NCBI GenBank assembly: GCA_964647615.1
Contig: CAZYIV010000006.1
Span: 3,679 to 67,678 of the forward strand
Reading direction: 5' to 3'
Origin: an uncultured Gemmatimonadaceae bacterium
GTDB lineage: Bacteria > Gemmatimonadota > Gemmatimonadetes > Gemmatimonadales > GWC2-71-9
DNA: 64,000 nucleotides
Part shown: positions 19,180 to 27,412 of the stretch, piece after piece
Numbering within the stretch: the stretch's first letter is position 1
Layout of the letters: each line of letters begins with the position of its first letter
Program-made: the position numbers and the translations under genes
The notes under the pieces: generated by a model
Told to the model about the DNA's origin: nothing
What the model saw: only the letters and a program-made list of their open reading frames with translations
The model's database searches: none

Positions 19180-20475
19180 TCAGCTGCCGGTGCGGGCGAA
19201 GATCATCTTGAGCGCGACCGGGGCGACGAAGGTCGTCCCCATGACCATGAGCAGCACGATGCTGAACGTGGTCTCGCTCAGGAGTCCCGCCTGGCGGCCC
19301 ACATCGGCGAAGATCAGCCCGACCTCGCCGCGCGGCACCATGCCGGTGCCCACGGTGAGCCGGTGGAACTTCGCCCACGGCGCGCCCCAGCCGGCCACCA
19401 GCTTGCCCACGATCGCGATGACCGTGAGCGAGGCGGCGATCCCCAGCACCGCGAGGGCGCCCGGCCGGGTCGGATCGAGGAGGGTCACGTCTGCCGCGGC
19501 CCCGACGTTCACGAAGAAGATCGGCGCCAGCACCGCGGCGACCGGGCGGACCTCGTGCTCCACGGTGGTGGCGTGGCGGGTGCCGCGGATGATGAGGCCG
19601 GCCGCGAAGGCGCCGATGATCATCGCCGAGCCGACCTGGGCCGCCAGGGCGGCGAGCGCCAGGGCGAAGGCGATCGACACGGCGACCACCACCCCACGCA
19701 CGCGCATCCGGACCACCTGGTCCACGATGCGCGGCACCAGCAGGTTGCCCACCAGCAGCGCGGCCACCAGGAACCCGATCGCGACGCCGAAGGTGATGCT
19801 CACGCCCGCGAGCGTCGCGGTGCCCCCGGCGGCGATGCCGGAGACCACGCTCAGGATCACCAGGCCGACGACGTCATCAATGACTGCGGCGCCCAGGATC
19901 ACCCGGGCCTCGGTGGTGTCCATCCGGCCGAGGTCGCCCAGCACCCGGGCGGTGATCCCCACCGACGTGGCGGTGAGGGTCGCGCCGACGAAGATCGCGA
20001 CGGTGCGGAGGTCCCCGCCGTCGGCGGTCGCCGGATGCGGGAGGAAGGCCCAGTAGACATACCCGAGCGCGAACGGCACGAACACCCCGACGGCGGCCAC
20101 CGCCAGGCTGGCGGGACCGACCTTGAACATCTCCTTGAGGTCGGTCTCGAGCCCGACCTCGAACAGCAGCAGGATCACGCCCAGTTCCGCCAGCAGGCGG
20201 ATCATCTCCGCCCCCGACGCGTCGCCGGCCGGCACGACGCCGAACACGCTGGCGCCGAGCAGCACCCCGGCCACCAGCTCCCCGAGCACCGACGGCAGGC
20301 CCAGCCGCTCGGCCCCCTCCCCCAGCAGCTTGCCCACCACCAGCATGGTGGCGATGACCAGCAGCAGGTTCACCAGCCCGCCCTCCCCCCCCGCCGCCAG
20401 CAGCGGCGCGGGGAAGAGCAGCAGGAGGGCGAGGTAGAGGACGGGGCGCAGCGGGAGGGAACGGCGAGGAACCAT
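19180..20475 (-). CDS. cation:proton antiporter (CPA2 / Kef-NapA type)
   Basis: Track ORF of 431 aa. 11-13 hydrophobic segments. [17 protein letters not shown] motif typical of the Na_H_Exchanger family. Confidence 0.85.
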   Translation of the reverse strand: MVPRRSLPLRPVLYLALLLLFPAPLLAAGGEGGLVNLLLVIATMLVVGKLLGEGAERLGLPSVLGELVAGVLLGASVFGVVPAGDASGAEMIRLLAELGVILLLFEVGLETDLKEMFKVGPASLAVAAVGVFVPFALGYVYWAFLPHPATADGGDLRTVAIFVGATLTATSVGITARVLGDLGRMDTTEARVILGAAVIDDVVGLVILSVVSGIAAGGTATLAGVSITFGVAIGFLVAALLVGNLLVPRIVDQVVRMRVRGVVVAVSIAFALALAALAAQVGSAMIIGAFAAGLIIRGTRHATTVEHEVRPVAAVLAPIFFVNVGAAADVTLLDPTRPGALAVLGIAASLTVIAIVGKLVAGWGAPWAKFHRLTVGTGMVPRGEVGLIFADVGRQAGLLSETTFSIVLLMVMGTTFVAPVALKMIFARTGS

Positions 20476-20846
20476 CAGAGCGGCTCCTCGGCCATCGGCT
20501 CGTACACGAACGTGTGGGTGAAGATCGGCACCGTCACGGTCTCGCTGTAGGTCGTCGTGATCGTGATGCGGCGCGGCTTGCCCGAGCGGGTGATGGTGAA
20601 CTTCCGCGCCTCCGGGGGCAGGCCGAGCTCATCCACCTTGGCCTCGAGGCGGCGACGGATCACGCCGTCGCTCAGGGTCGGGGCCAGGCGGGCGGAGACC
20701 CGCATCTCGTCGAGCAGCTGGTAGTACCGCACCCACGGCTGCCCGAAGTGGATGCCGTAGTACACCCCGGCCACCAGGATGACGAGCGAGACGAGGCAGC
20801 CGGACGTGCTCGCGCCACGGCGCGAGGAAACCCTGGGCGTCACCAT
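20475..20846 (-). CDS. small membrane-anchored protein (DUF4845-like architecture)
   Basis: Track ORF of 123 aa. A single N-terminal TM (CLVSLVILVAGVYYGI) followed by an ~85-aa soluble domain. Overlaps both neighbours (1 nt and 7 nt). The family assignment is tentative. Confidence 0.55.
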   Translation of the reverse strand: MVTPRVSSRRGASTSGCLVSLVILVAGVYYGIHFGQPWVRYYQLLDEMRVSARLAPTLSDGVIRRRLEAKVDELGLPPEARKFTITRSGKPRRITITTTYSETVTVPIFTHTFVYEPMAEEPL

Positions 20847-21355
20847 TGGGACTGCGCTCCGTCCACGATGTTGGTCACCAGCTTGCTGAGGGCCCGGCCA
20901 CGCGCCCGCGCCTCCGTCTCGGAGCCGGGCACGTATTCACCATCAATGGTCATCCCGTTGCGCTGCCAGAGGGTCTTGCCGTCCTTGTCCACGATCTCGA
21001 CCGAGACGGTCAGCTGCACCAGCCGCTTGTCCACCGTCACCTGGCTGTTGGCCCCGCCGGTGAAGGCGACGGGGACATCCGGCTCGTAGCGGGAGATGCT
21101 GCCGCGCACGATGGCGTCGGCAGAGGCCTCGCCCGCCTGGCGGAGCCCCAGCCGGCCCTGCACCGCGGCGCGCACCGAGTCCGCGACCTCCTGGGTCAGG
21201 GTCGGCTCGGGCGTCAGGTTGTCGAACGGCAGGATGGCGACGGTCTTGATTTCGGGGGGGAAGCCCCCGCCCTTGAAGCCATAGAAGCACCCGGCCAGCA
21301 GCAGGGTGCTAAGGCTCGCTCGGGCGAGCCCAGATCTCAGGCGGGAATTGCGCAG
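20840..21355 (-). CDS. LptE-like outer-membrane lipoprotein (start codon uncertain)
   Basis: The track ORF begins at GTG 21175. However, the same frame is open up to the stop at 21410-21412 and encodes ...LRNSRLRSGLARASLSTLLLAGCFYGFKGGGFPPEIKTVAILPFDNLTPEP. That is a signal peptide, a LAGC lipobox and the FCB-type LptE N-terminal pattern. Only CTG codons (21355, 21340) are available as starts. Confidence 0.6.
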   Translation of the reverse strand: MRNSRLRSGLARASLSTLLLAGCFYGFKGGGFPPEIKTVAILPFDNLTPEPTLTQEVADSVRAAVQGRLGLRQAGEASADAIVRGSISRYEPDVPVAFTGGANSQVTVDKRLVQLTVSVEIVDKDGKTLWQRNGMTIDGEYVPGSETEARARGRALSKLVTNIVDGAQSQW

Positions 21356-22019
21356 TCGGAACGCTCGCGTAGAACGTGATCTCCAGTTTGGACGGCACGG
21401 TCGGCACCGTCAGGAGCGCCTTCACCGGACTGCCGTCGGCCCGGACGGTGACGCTCGTCCGGCCCAGCACCTTCCCCTCACGCCGCACCTCGGCCGACAA
21501 CGTGGACCCGCTCCCGGCGCTCCGGACGTAGGTCGTGGTGTCGCTGCCGCGGATGTACTGCCAGGCGGCGCCCTCGGTCGTCTTCACCCCACGAAGGTCC
21601 GCTCCGGCCGGGGCCGGCTGGGCGACCCCCAGGATGGCCCAGAGGAGCGAGACCCCTGGCACCAGCTCGTCCACCGACCGGTCGGGCACCACCCAGAGGG
21701 CGGAGTCGCCCACCACCGCCGCCGAGCCCTTCCCGATCCCGAGGGACCCGGCGAAATCAAACCGGAGGGAGTCGGGTGGCACCAGTCGCACGCTGCCCCG
21801 GCCGCCCTTGCTGGCCTGCTCGTCCTGGTAGAGCCAGGTGAACCGGTACATGATCGGCTGGGTCGGGGTGGTCGGAGCTACCCACCCGGCCACCTGCCCG
21901 GGCTCGACCCGCACCAGCCCCTTGGGTGCCAGCGGACCGGGCCCGCCACCACACGCGGCCAAGCCGAGCAGAAGATAGGCCGCCCCCGCGGGCCGGTCAA
22001 GCCGAAACCGTTGCAGCAT
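21309..22019 (-). CDS. lipoprotein, LolA/LolB-like (DUF4292-like) fold suspected
   Basis: Track ORF of 236 aa. MLQRFRLDRPAGAAYLLLGLAACGGG has a LAAC lipobox. Beta-rich body with the F.W.Y......G.G.VRL.PPDSLRFDF pattern seen in LolB-like proteins. The assignment is tentative. Confidence 0.6.
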   Translation of the reverse strand: MLQRFRLDRPAGAAYLLLGLAACGGGPGPLAPKGLVRVEPGQVAGWVAPTTPTQPIMYRFTWLYQDEQASKGGRGSVRLVPPDSLRFDFAGSLGIGKGSAAVVGDSALWVVPDRSVDELVPGVSLLWAILGVAQPAPAGADLRGVKTTEGAAWQYIRGSDTTTYVRSAGSGSTLSAEVRREGKVLGRTSVTVRADGSPVKALLTVPTVPSKLEITFYASVPTAQFPPEIWARPSEP

Positions 22020-24841
22020 CAGTAGTTATACCCGAAGAAGAACTGCACGAAGCTGCGCCGGGTCTGCTCCGGGGAGAGCGCGTACCCGCGAAAATGATTG
22101 TCGCTCCACCGGCGGCCCCAGTCCAGCCGCAACACCAGGCCGGGAATCAGCGGCCAGCGGAAGCTGATCCCCCAGCTGCCCAGGATCGCCCGGTGCTCGT
22201 CGGCCGTGAACCAGGTGCGGCCGGCATCGAAGAAGAGCGCGCCCTGGACCTCCGGGAACCGCGCGTCGCCCGCAGGCGTGCCCAGGGTGAAGAAGTCGAG
22301 CAGCGGGAAGCGCAATTCGGCGTTGGTCATCCACGCCTTGGCCCCGATAATGTAGCCGTAGTTCGGGTAGCCGCGCAGGCCGAGGGTCCCGCCGAGGTTC
22401 ACCCGCTCGGGGCGGTCGCCCCCGCTGTAGAACCCGAAGCCGCGGACCGCCACCGCCGTGCGCCGCCCGAGCCGGAGGTACTGCCGGGCATCCACCGCGG
22501 TGGTGTACCCGTCGAACCGCGCGTTGCTGAAGTCACTGGCCACGGCACCGGTCACCGCGAGGTAGTGCCCGTCGATGGGCCCGGTGGTGGTCCACAGCGC
22601 GTTGCTGTGAACGAAGGTCAGCGACTGCGAGGCGATCCAGCCCACCCGCTGCGGTTTGTCCACGGGAAGGGTGAAGTCCACCCGGTCGGAGTGCTGCACC
22701 GTGGCCTGGGCCTCAACCCGGGCGAAGCGGGTGAGCGGGTAGCGCAGCAGGCCGAAGCCTCCGTAGGCATCCTCCACGTAGGCGGCGTTGAAGTCCCCGA
22801 CGTACTGGCTGCCCTTGAACCGGAACGCCCCGGCGCCCCAGTTGAGGCGGTGGGTCTGGTTGATGTAGAGCCCGAGCAGGCTGGTGTTGTCGAACAGGTT
22901 GCGGAATTCCCGCCCCTGGTAGGTGCTCACGTTGACGAAGAACAGGTTGTCGCTGAGCAGGTCGCTTACCAGGAAGGTCACCCCCTGCCCCGTGCCGATG
23001 CGGGGCGCATAGACGAACTCGCCCGCGGCGAAGTCGAGGGTGTACTTGCGCCGGTACGGCTCGCTCCGGGCCCGGGCCAGCTGGCCGGGCTCACCCGAGG
23101 GCCATGCCCAGGCGGAGTGGGGCGCGGGATCGCCGAGGGTGAAGGTCTCCTCCCGCGCCACCGAATCGGCGGGGAGCAGGTACACCCCCAGCCCCAGGTT
23201 GTTGAACCCGCTCACCAGGAAGGCATCGCGGCCGGGGACCGCCGCCGCGTCGAACGCGCCGGTCCAGACCGAGGTCTCCCGGCGGCCGTTCCCGAGGGTA
23301 TCCACCGAGAAGGCGTTGAGCACGCCATCCCGCCCAGAGCTGAACAGGATGTGCCCGTCGTCGAGCCAGGACGGGGTCTCGTCCACCCAGGGGCCGTTGG
23401 TGAGCTGGCGGATCTCCCCGGTCTCGAGGTCGAGCAGGAAGAGGTTTACGGCATCCGACAGCCCGAGCGCCGTCCGGTCGGAGGCGAAGACCACGCGCCG
23501 CCCGTCGGGACTCACGCTCGGGTCCAGGTCCTGGTAACGGTCATCGGTGAGGCGTTCCAGCGGACCGTCCGGCAGGCGGAAGCGGTAGAGGTCGGACACT
23601 CCGGCTTCCGAGAGGCCGCTGAAGATCACCGACTGCCCATCCGGGGTCCACGTGGGCGAAAGCACCGAGGAGAGCTCGGGCCACTGGTACCGCCCCACCA
23701 CCTTCCGTTCGGTGCGATCATAGACCATGAGCGCGTCGCGCTCTCGGTAGCGGGCCCCGATCAGCAGCAGCGGCGGGCGCGAGGCGTCCACCCGGGAATC
23801 GAAGGCGTGCAAGTTCTCGAACGTCGGGCTCCGGCCCGAGGTGACCAGCGGCTCGGCCCCGCCGCCGTCAATGGCGCGTTCCTCCAGCCGTACCAGGCCC
23901 GATCCCGCCGAGGCATAGACCAGGTCCCCGCCACTCAGGGTGTCGGGGGAGTAGGCCGGCTTGATGGCGGTGGCCGCGAGCAGCTCCCCGGCGGCGGGCA
24001 GCGAGGAGCGGCCCGCGACCGACGGGTAGTAGGCCTTCCGCATCGCGACCTGGAATTCCTCGTTCAGCGCCCCCAGGCTCTTGCCGTAGATGCCGAGGAT
24101 CGCCGCCTCGAAGGTCTCGTAGTGCCACAGCTCCCGGTAGAAGGCGGCCACCCGCCAGTCGCCGTAGGTGTTGGCCAGCCAGCGATGGATCCGCCCGCCG
24201 AGCGGATAGACGATGCCGCCGGTCACGTAATCGAGGTCCTGCAGCCGTGGCAGGTGCCCTCCGAGCACCAGGTCGCGCAGGATCATCTCGTCACGGGCGT
24301 CCTCGCCGCCGGACCAGTACTCCGCGAGTCCCTCGGTGAACCAGAGCGGCAGCGCGATCGAGGCCGAGCGCGGGGAACGCACGTACCGGTCGTACAGCAG
24401 GCTGATCTGGAACACGTGCACCATCTCGTGGCGCAGCGTGTGGCGGAACTCGGCGAGGTTGCCGCGGAACGGCAGCGTCACCCGCCGCTTGAGGAAGTCG
24501 GTGACGCCGAGCAGCCCCTCGGGGGGCGTGAAGGGGAGGACGTTGGTCTGCTCGAAGTCGGTGTGCGAGGCGTAGACGATGAGCGGGATGCGGGTGGTGA
24601 CGGTGTGGCCGAACTTCACCGCCAGGTCGTTGTAGTTGGCCTCCGCGTCCGCCAGGGCGACCCCGGCGAGCTCGCGCTCCTCGGGGTAGTAGTACACGTC
24701 CACCCGGGGCCCGGAGAGCACCTGCCAGTCGAGGCGGCGATACTGGATCTTGTTCTCGCCGGCGAGGAAGAACTGCCCCGCCGCCGGGAGGACCACGAGC
24801 GCCGCGAGGGCGCCGGCCAGGATCGCCGCGCGCCACTTCAT
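22019..24841 (-). CDS. outer-membrane fusion protein: peptidase-MA-like domain + PD40/TolB-like beta-propeller + Omp85 (BamA/TamA-family) beta-barrel
   Basis: Track ORF of 940 aa.
- Signal peptide MKWRAAILAGALAALVVLPAAGQ.
- HEMVHV...FTEGLAEYW (HExxH plus a downstream Glu).
- Repeated PD40-like units (SPTWTPDGQSVIFS, DPSVSPDGRRVVFASDR, ETPSWLDDGHILFSS).
- C-terminal barrel with an LGGTLGLRGYPNY L6-type RGY motif and an aromatic terminus FFFGYNY. Confidence 0.85.
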   Translation of the reverse strand: MKWRAAILAGALAALVVLPAAGQFFLAGENKIQYRRLDWQVLSGPRVDVYYYPEERELAGVALADAEANYNDLAVKFGHTVTTRIPLIVYASHTDFEQTNVLPFTPPEGLLGVTDFLKRRVTLPFRGNLAEFRHTLRHEMVHVFQISLLYDRYVRSPRSASIALPLWFTEGLAEYWSGGEDARDEMILRDLVLGGHLPRLQDLDYVTGGIVYPLGGRIHRWLANTYGDWRVAAFYRELWHYETFEAAILGIYGKSLGALNEEFQVAMRKAYYPSVAGRSSLPAAGELLAATAIKPAYSPDTLSGGDLVYASAGSGLVRLEERAIDGGGAEPLVTSGRSPTFENLHAFDSRVDASRPPLLLIGARYRERDALMVYDRTERKVVGRYQWPELSSVLSPTWTPDGQSVIFSGLSEAGVSDLYRFRLPDGPLERLTDDRYQDLDPSVSPDGRRVVFASDRTALGLSDAVNLFLLDLETGEIRQLTNGPWVDETPSWLDDGHILFSSGRDGVLNAFSVDTLGNGRRETSVWTGAFDAAAVPGRDAFLVSGFNNLGLGVYLLPADSVAREETFTLGDPAPHSAWAWPSGEPGQLARARSEPYRRKYTLDFAAGEFVYAPRIGTGQGVTFLVSDLLSDNLFFVNVSTYQGREFRNLFDNTSLLGLYINQTHRLNWGAGAFRFKGSQYVGDFNAAYVEDAYGGFGLLRYPLTRFARVEAQATVQHSDRVDFTLPVDKPQRVGWIASQSLTFVHSNALWTTTGPIDGHYLAVTGAVASDFSNARFDGYTTAVDARQYLRLGRRTAVAVRGFGFYSGGDRPERVNLGGTLGLRGYPNYGYIIGAKAWMTNAELRFPLLDFFTLGTPAGDARFPEVQGALFFDAGRTWFTADEHRAILGSWGISFRWPLIPGLVLRLDWGRRWSDNHFRGYALSPEQTRRSFVQFFFGYNY

Positions 24842-26862
24842 CGGCGGATGGTCCGGATGCGGTCACCCTGGGTGATGCGCTGCACCGCGGGAATGCCGTC
24901 GGTCACCTGGCCGAAGACGGTGTAGCCGCCGTCGAGGCCGGGCTGCGGGCTCAGGGTGATGAACCACTGGCTGCCACCGGTGTCCGCGCCGGACAGGGCC
25001 ATGCCGACGGTCCAGGCCTTGTAGCGGCGCGGGTTGATCTCGTCCCGGATGGCGCCGCCGGGCCCGCCCCAGCCGTCGCCGCGCGGGTCGCCCGTCTGCA
25101 CCACGAAGTCGGGCACCACGCGGTGGAACCGCATCCCGTCGAAGTAGCGCCGGTCCACCAGCCGCAGGAAGTTGAGCACCGTCAGCGGCGCCTCGGGTCC
25201 GAACAGCTCCAGGGTGAAGCTGCCGCCCGCCTCCAGCTGCACCTGGACCTTGGGATAGCGGTCCTGCCCCGCGAGCACCAGGAACTCGCGCACGACCTGC
25301 CGGTAGTCCTGCATGGTGCGGCCGGTCTGCACCGGATACGCGGGGCCGAGGACATCCGAGGCGCCGGGCCAGTGCTGCTCGGCCCACTGCCGCACCTGGT
25401 AGTCGGGCGCCGGGCCCAGTGCGGCGAGCAGCTCCCGCTCGCCTGTGCCCTCGTGCGCCAGGCCCGCCTGAAGCGCGCCGAGGACACTCCAGCGGGCGTC
25501 GGGGATCGAATCGCGCGCGCCGGCGCGGTAGGCGTCGAGCAGCGCCGGCCGGTCCGCCGGGTCGGCGGCCAGGGCCAGCGCGTCGGCGGCGGCGCTGCGC
25601 ACCACCGCGTCGCGGGCCTGGATCAGGCGGCGGCAGGCGGCGATGTAGGCGGTATCCGCGGCGGTGCCGCCCCGTCCCCAGGCCCCGAGCGTCGCGGCCA
25701 CCACCCGGGGATCGGCGTCGGAGAGGAACGGGCCCAGCGCGCCCGGCGCCGCGGCGGCCATGGCCTCCCCCGCCACCGCACGCTCCCGCCAGTCGCTGGA
25801 GCCCGCCCAGCCGGCGGCGGCCGCGCGGAATCCCGCGCTGTCCGCCTGCGCCAGACTGAGCAGCGCCTGGCGCCGGAGGGCCCAGGATCCCTTGCCACCG
25901 GTCACCACCCCCGCCAGCGCCGTGCCCGCCTCCGGGCCACCGAGCGCACCGAGCGCCTCGGCCGCCTGCACCTGGACGTTCTGCAACGGATCGCCTAGGA
26001 GCGGCAGCACCTTGGCGGAGGCAGCAGGGTCCTGGTAGCTCGCGAGTGACCGGAGCGCGGCGATCCGGACCCCGGCGTCCTCGTCGCGCGTGGCGCGGAG
26101 CAGCAGGTCCTCCACCGGCGCATGTTCCAGGCCGGCGGAATCCACCATCACACGGGCCAGCCCCCGCGCCGCCAGCGCCCGCGTGCCCGCGGCCGCCCGG
26201 CTGCCCACGACATCCAGGAAGCGCGGCACCGCGGCGGCGGCGCGCAGCCGCACCAGCGAGAAGGCGGCGCTAAAGCGGCCATCCTCCGACCCGCCCATGA
26301 AGACGGGCAGCAGGGCGTCCACCGAGGCCCGCCTCCCCAGCCGCCAGCTCTCCAGCGCCGCGCGGGCCACGAGGTAGGGGAAGTCGTCACGGTCGCCCCA
26401 GAGCGAACCTTCCAGCACCGAACGGACAAAGCCCGCCCCCTCCGGCCCGCCGGACCGGGCGGCCGCGGTGATCATCTCCAGGGCCAGCGGCCCGGGCACG
26501 GGGGTCCCGTCCTGGGCCCGCTGCCGCAGGTAGGTGGCGGCCGTCGAGTCCCGGAGCAGGCCGAGCCCGAAGGCGGCGGCCAGCTGTACGCCGGGCACCG
26601 GGTCGGACAGCGCGGCGCCCACCATCCGGACCGCCCGCGGGTCCCCCAGGCGGCCCGCGCTGGTGGCGGCGATCGCGCGCACCGAGCTGTCCGGATCGGC
26701 GAGGGCCTGCTGCAGCAGCGGCTGGTCGAAGCGGCGGGCATCCTCCGCCGCGAGCAGCCGGGCGAGGATCTCCACGGTGCCGCCGTCCTGGGCGGCGAGG
26801 GCATGCAAGGGAGCGGCGAGCAGGGCAAGGAACAGCAAGGAGGTGCGACGGCTCGGAATCAT
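24838..26862 (-). CDS. secreted HEAT-repeat protein fused to a cyclophilin-type peptidyl-prolyl isomerase
   Basis: C-terminal 674 aa of track ORF 24838..27048. In-frame ATG at 26862 (MIPSRRTSLLFLALLAAPLHALAAQ signal peptide). Many D.(D/S)..VR..AA..L HEAT-like repeats. C-terminal FHRVVPDFVVQTGDPRGDGWGGPG...GGSQWFITL cyclophilin core. Confidence 0.85.
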   Translation of the reverse strand: MIPSRRTSLLFLALLAAPLHALAAQDGGTVEILARLLAAEDARRFDQPLLQQALADPDSSVRAIAATSAGRLGDPRAVRMVGAALSDPVPGVQLAAAFGLGLLRDSTAATYLRQRAQDGTPVPGPLALEMITAAARSGGPEGAGFVRSVLEGSLWGDRDDFPYLVARAALESWRLGRRASVDALLPVFMGGSEDGRFSAAFSLVRLRAAAAVPRFLDVVGSRAAAGTRALAARGLARVMVDSAGLEHAPVEDLLLRATRDEDAGVRIAALRSLASYQDPAASAKVLPLLGDPLQNVQVQAAEALGALGGPEAGTALAGVVTGGKGSWALRRQALLSLAQADSAGFRAAAAGWAGSSDWRERAVAGEAMAAAAPGALGPFLSDADPRVVAATLGAWGRGGTAADTAYIAACRRLIQARDAVVRSAAADALALAADPADRPALLDAYRAGARDSIPDARWSVLGALQAGLAHEGTGERELLAALGPAPDYQVRQWAEQHWPGASDVLGPAYPVQTGRTMQDYRQVVREFLVLAGQDRYPKVQVQLEAGGSFTLELFGPEAPLTVLNFLRLVDRRYFDGMRFHRVVPDFVVQTGDPRGDGWGGPGGAIRDEINPRRYKAWTVGMALSGADTGGSQWFITLSPQPGLDGGYTVFGQVTDGIPAVQRITQGDRIRTIRR

Positions 26863-27290
26863 CGGGGCTCGGAACCAGGGTTGGGGCGAAGCGCATCCAC
26901 CACGCCCGCGGGAAGCCGGGAGACCCGGTGCCTCGCGTCGAGGCTGACCAGCGTGGTTTCCGCCTCCGCCACGACCGCGCCGCTCTCGGCCTGTTCGATC
27001 ACGTAGGCAAAGGTCACCCGGCGGCTGGCCGCCTCGGTGACCCGGCACCGGATCCGCAGCTCGTCGTCGTAGCGGGCGGCCAGCCGGTACCGCACCCGCA
27101 GGTCGGTCACCACCAGCCGGATCCCCTCGGCCTCGAGCTCACGGTAGGTGTACCCGGCGCGCCGCAGGTGCTCGCAGCGCGCGATGTCCAGCCAGACCAC
27201 ATGCCGGGCGTGATACACCACGCCCATCTGGTCGGTCTCGGAGTAGTTCACCCGGTGGGTGGTGACGGATTCGGCGCTGGCGTGGTGCAC
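26859..27290 (-). CDS. acyl-CoA thioesterase, YbgC/4HBT (hotdog) family
   Basis: Track ORF of 143 aa (GTG start). HRVNYSETDQMGVVYHARH motif. ATGA overlap with the downstream HEAT/PPIase gene. Confidence 0.85.
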   Translation of the reverse strand: MHHASAESVTTHRVNYSETDQMGVVYHARHVVWLDIARCEHLRRAGYTYRELEAEGIRLVVTDLRVRYRLAARYDDELRIRCRVTEAASRRVTFAYVIEQAESGAVVAEAETTLVSLDARHRVSRLPAGVVDALRPNPGSEPR

Positions 27291-27400
27291 AGGGCGCTTC
27301 GATGCGAAGGTGGACGTGACGGGGGACCGGGCAAGGGTAAGGCCGCCTGCGGCCCGATGCCAAGGCCCCCGCCGCCCTTCCCCGGCCCACCGGCGCCCCC

Positions 27401-27406
27401 TACCTT
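27401..27406 (+). promoter_or_regulatory. -10-like hexamer TACCTT placed 6 nt before the lpxH GTG
   Basis: Read directly: TACCTT-tgccgc-GTG(27413). The same hexamer-N6-start geometry occurs at 47463, 47432 (minus strand) and 60160 (minus strand). No convincing -35 element. Confidence 0.35.
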
Positions 27407-27412
27407 TGCCGC

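Noticed and set aside
21245-21350. The pentapeptide FPPEI occurs both at the C-terminus of the LolB-like protein (AQFPPEIWARP) and near the mature N-terminus of the LptE-like protein (GGFPPEIKTV).
   Set aside because: The two copies are encoded by different DNA segments in different frames, with different codons. Five residues is too short to exclude chance.
21926-24925. A 999-aa ORF antisense to the Omp85-fusion gene. Similar giant antisense or out-of-frame ORFs exist elsewhere: 36409-39165 (918 aa), 58178-60637 (819 aa), 32342-34417 and 41465-43540 (691 aa each), 13927-15912 and 47801-48781.
   Set aside because: These are expected in very GC-rich DNA, where stop codons are rare in several frames. 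Their translations are Arg/Gly/Pro/Ala-rich low-complexity strings with no motifs. The opposite-strand frames carry clear family signatures and strong G/C bias at third codon positions.
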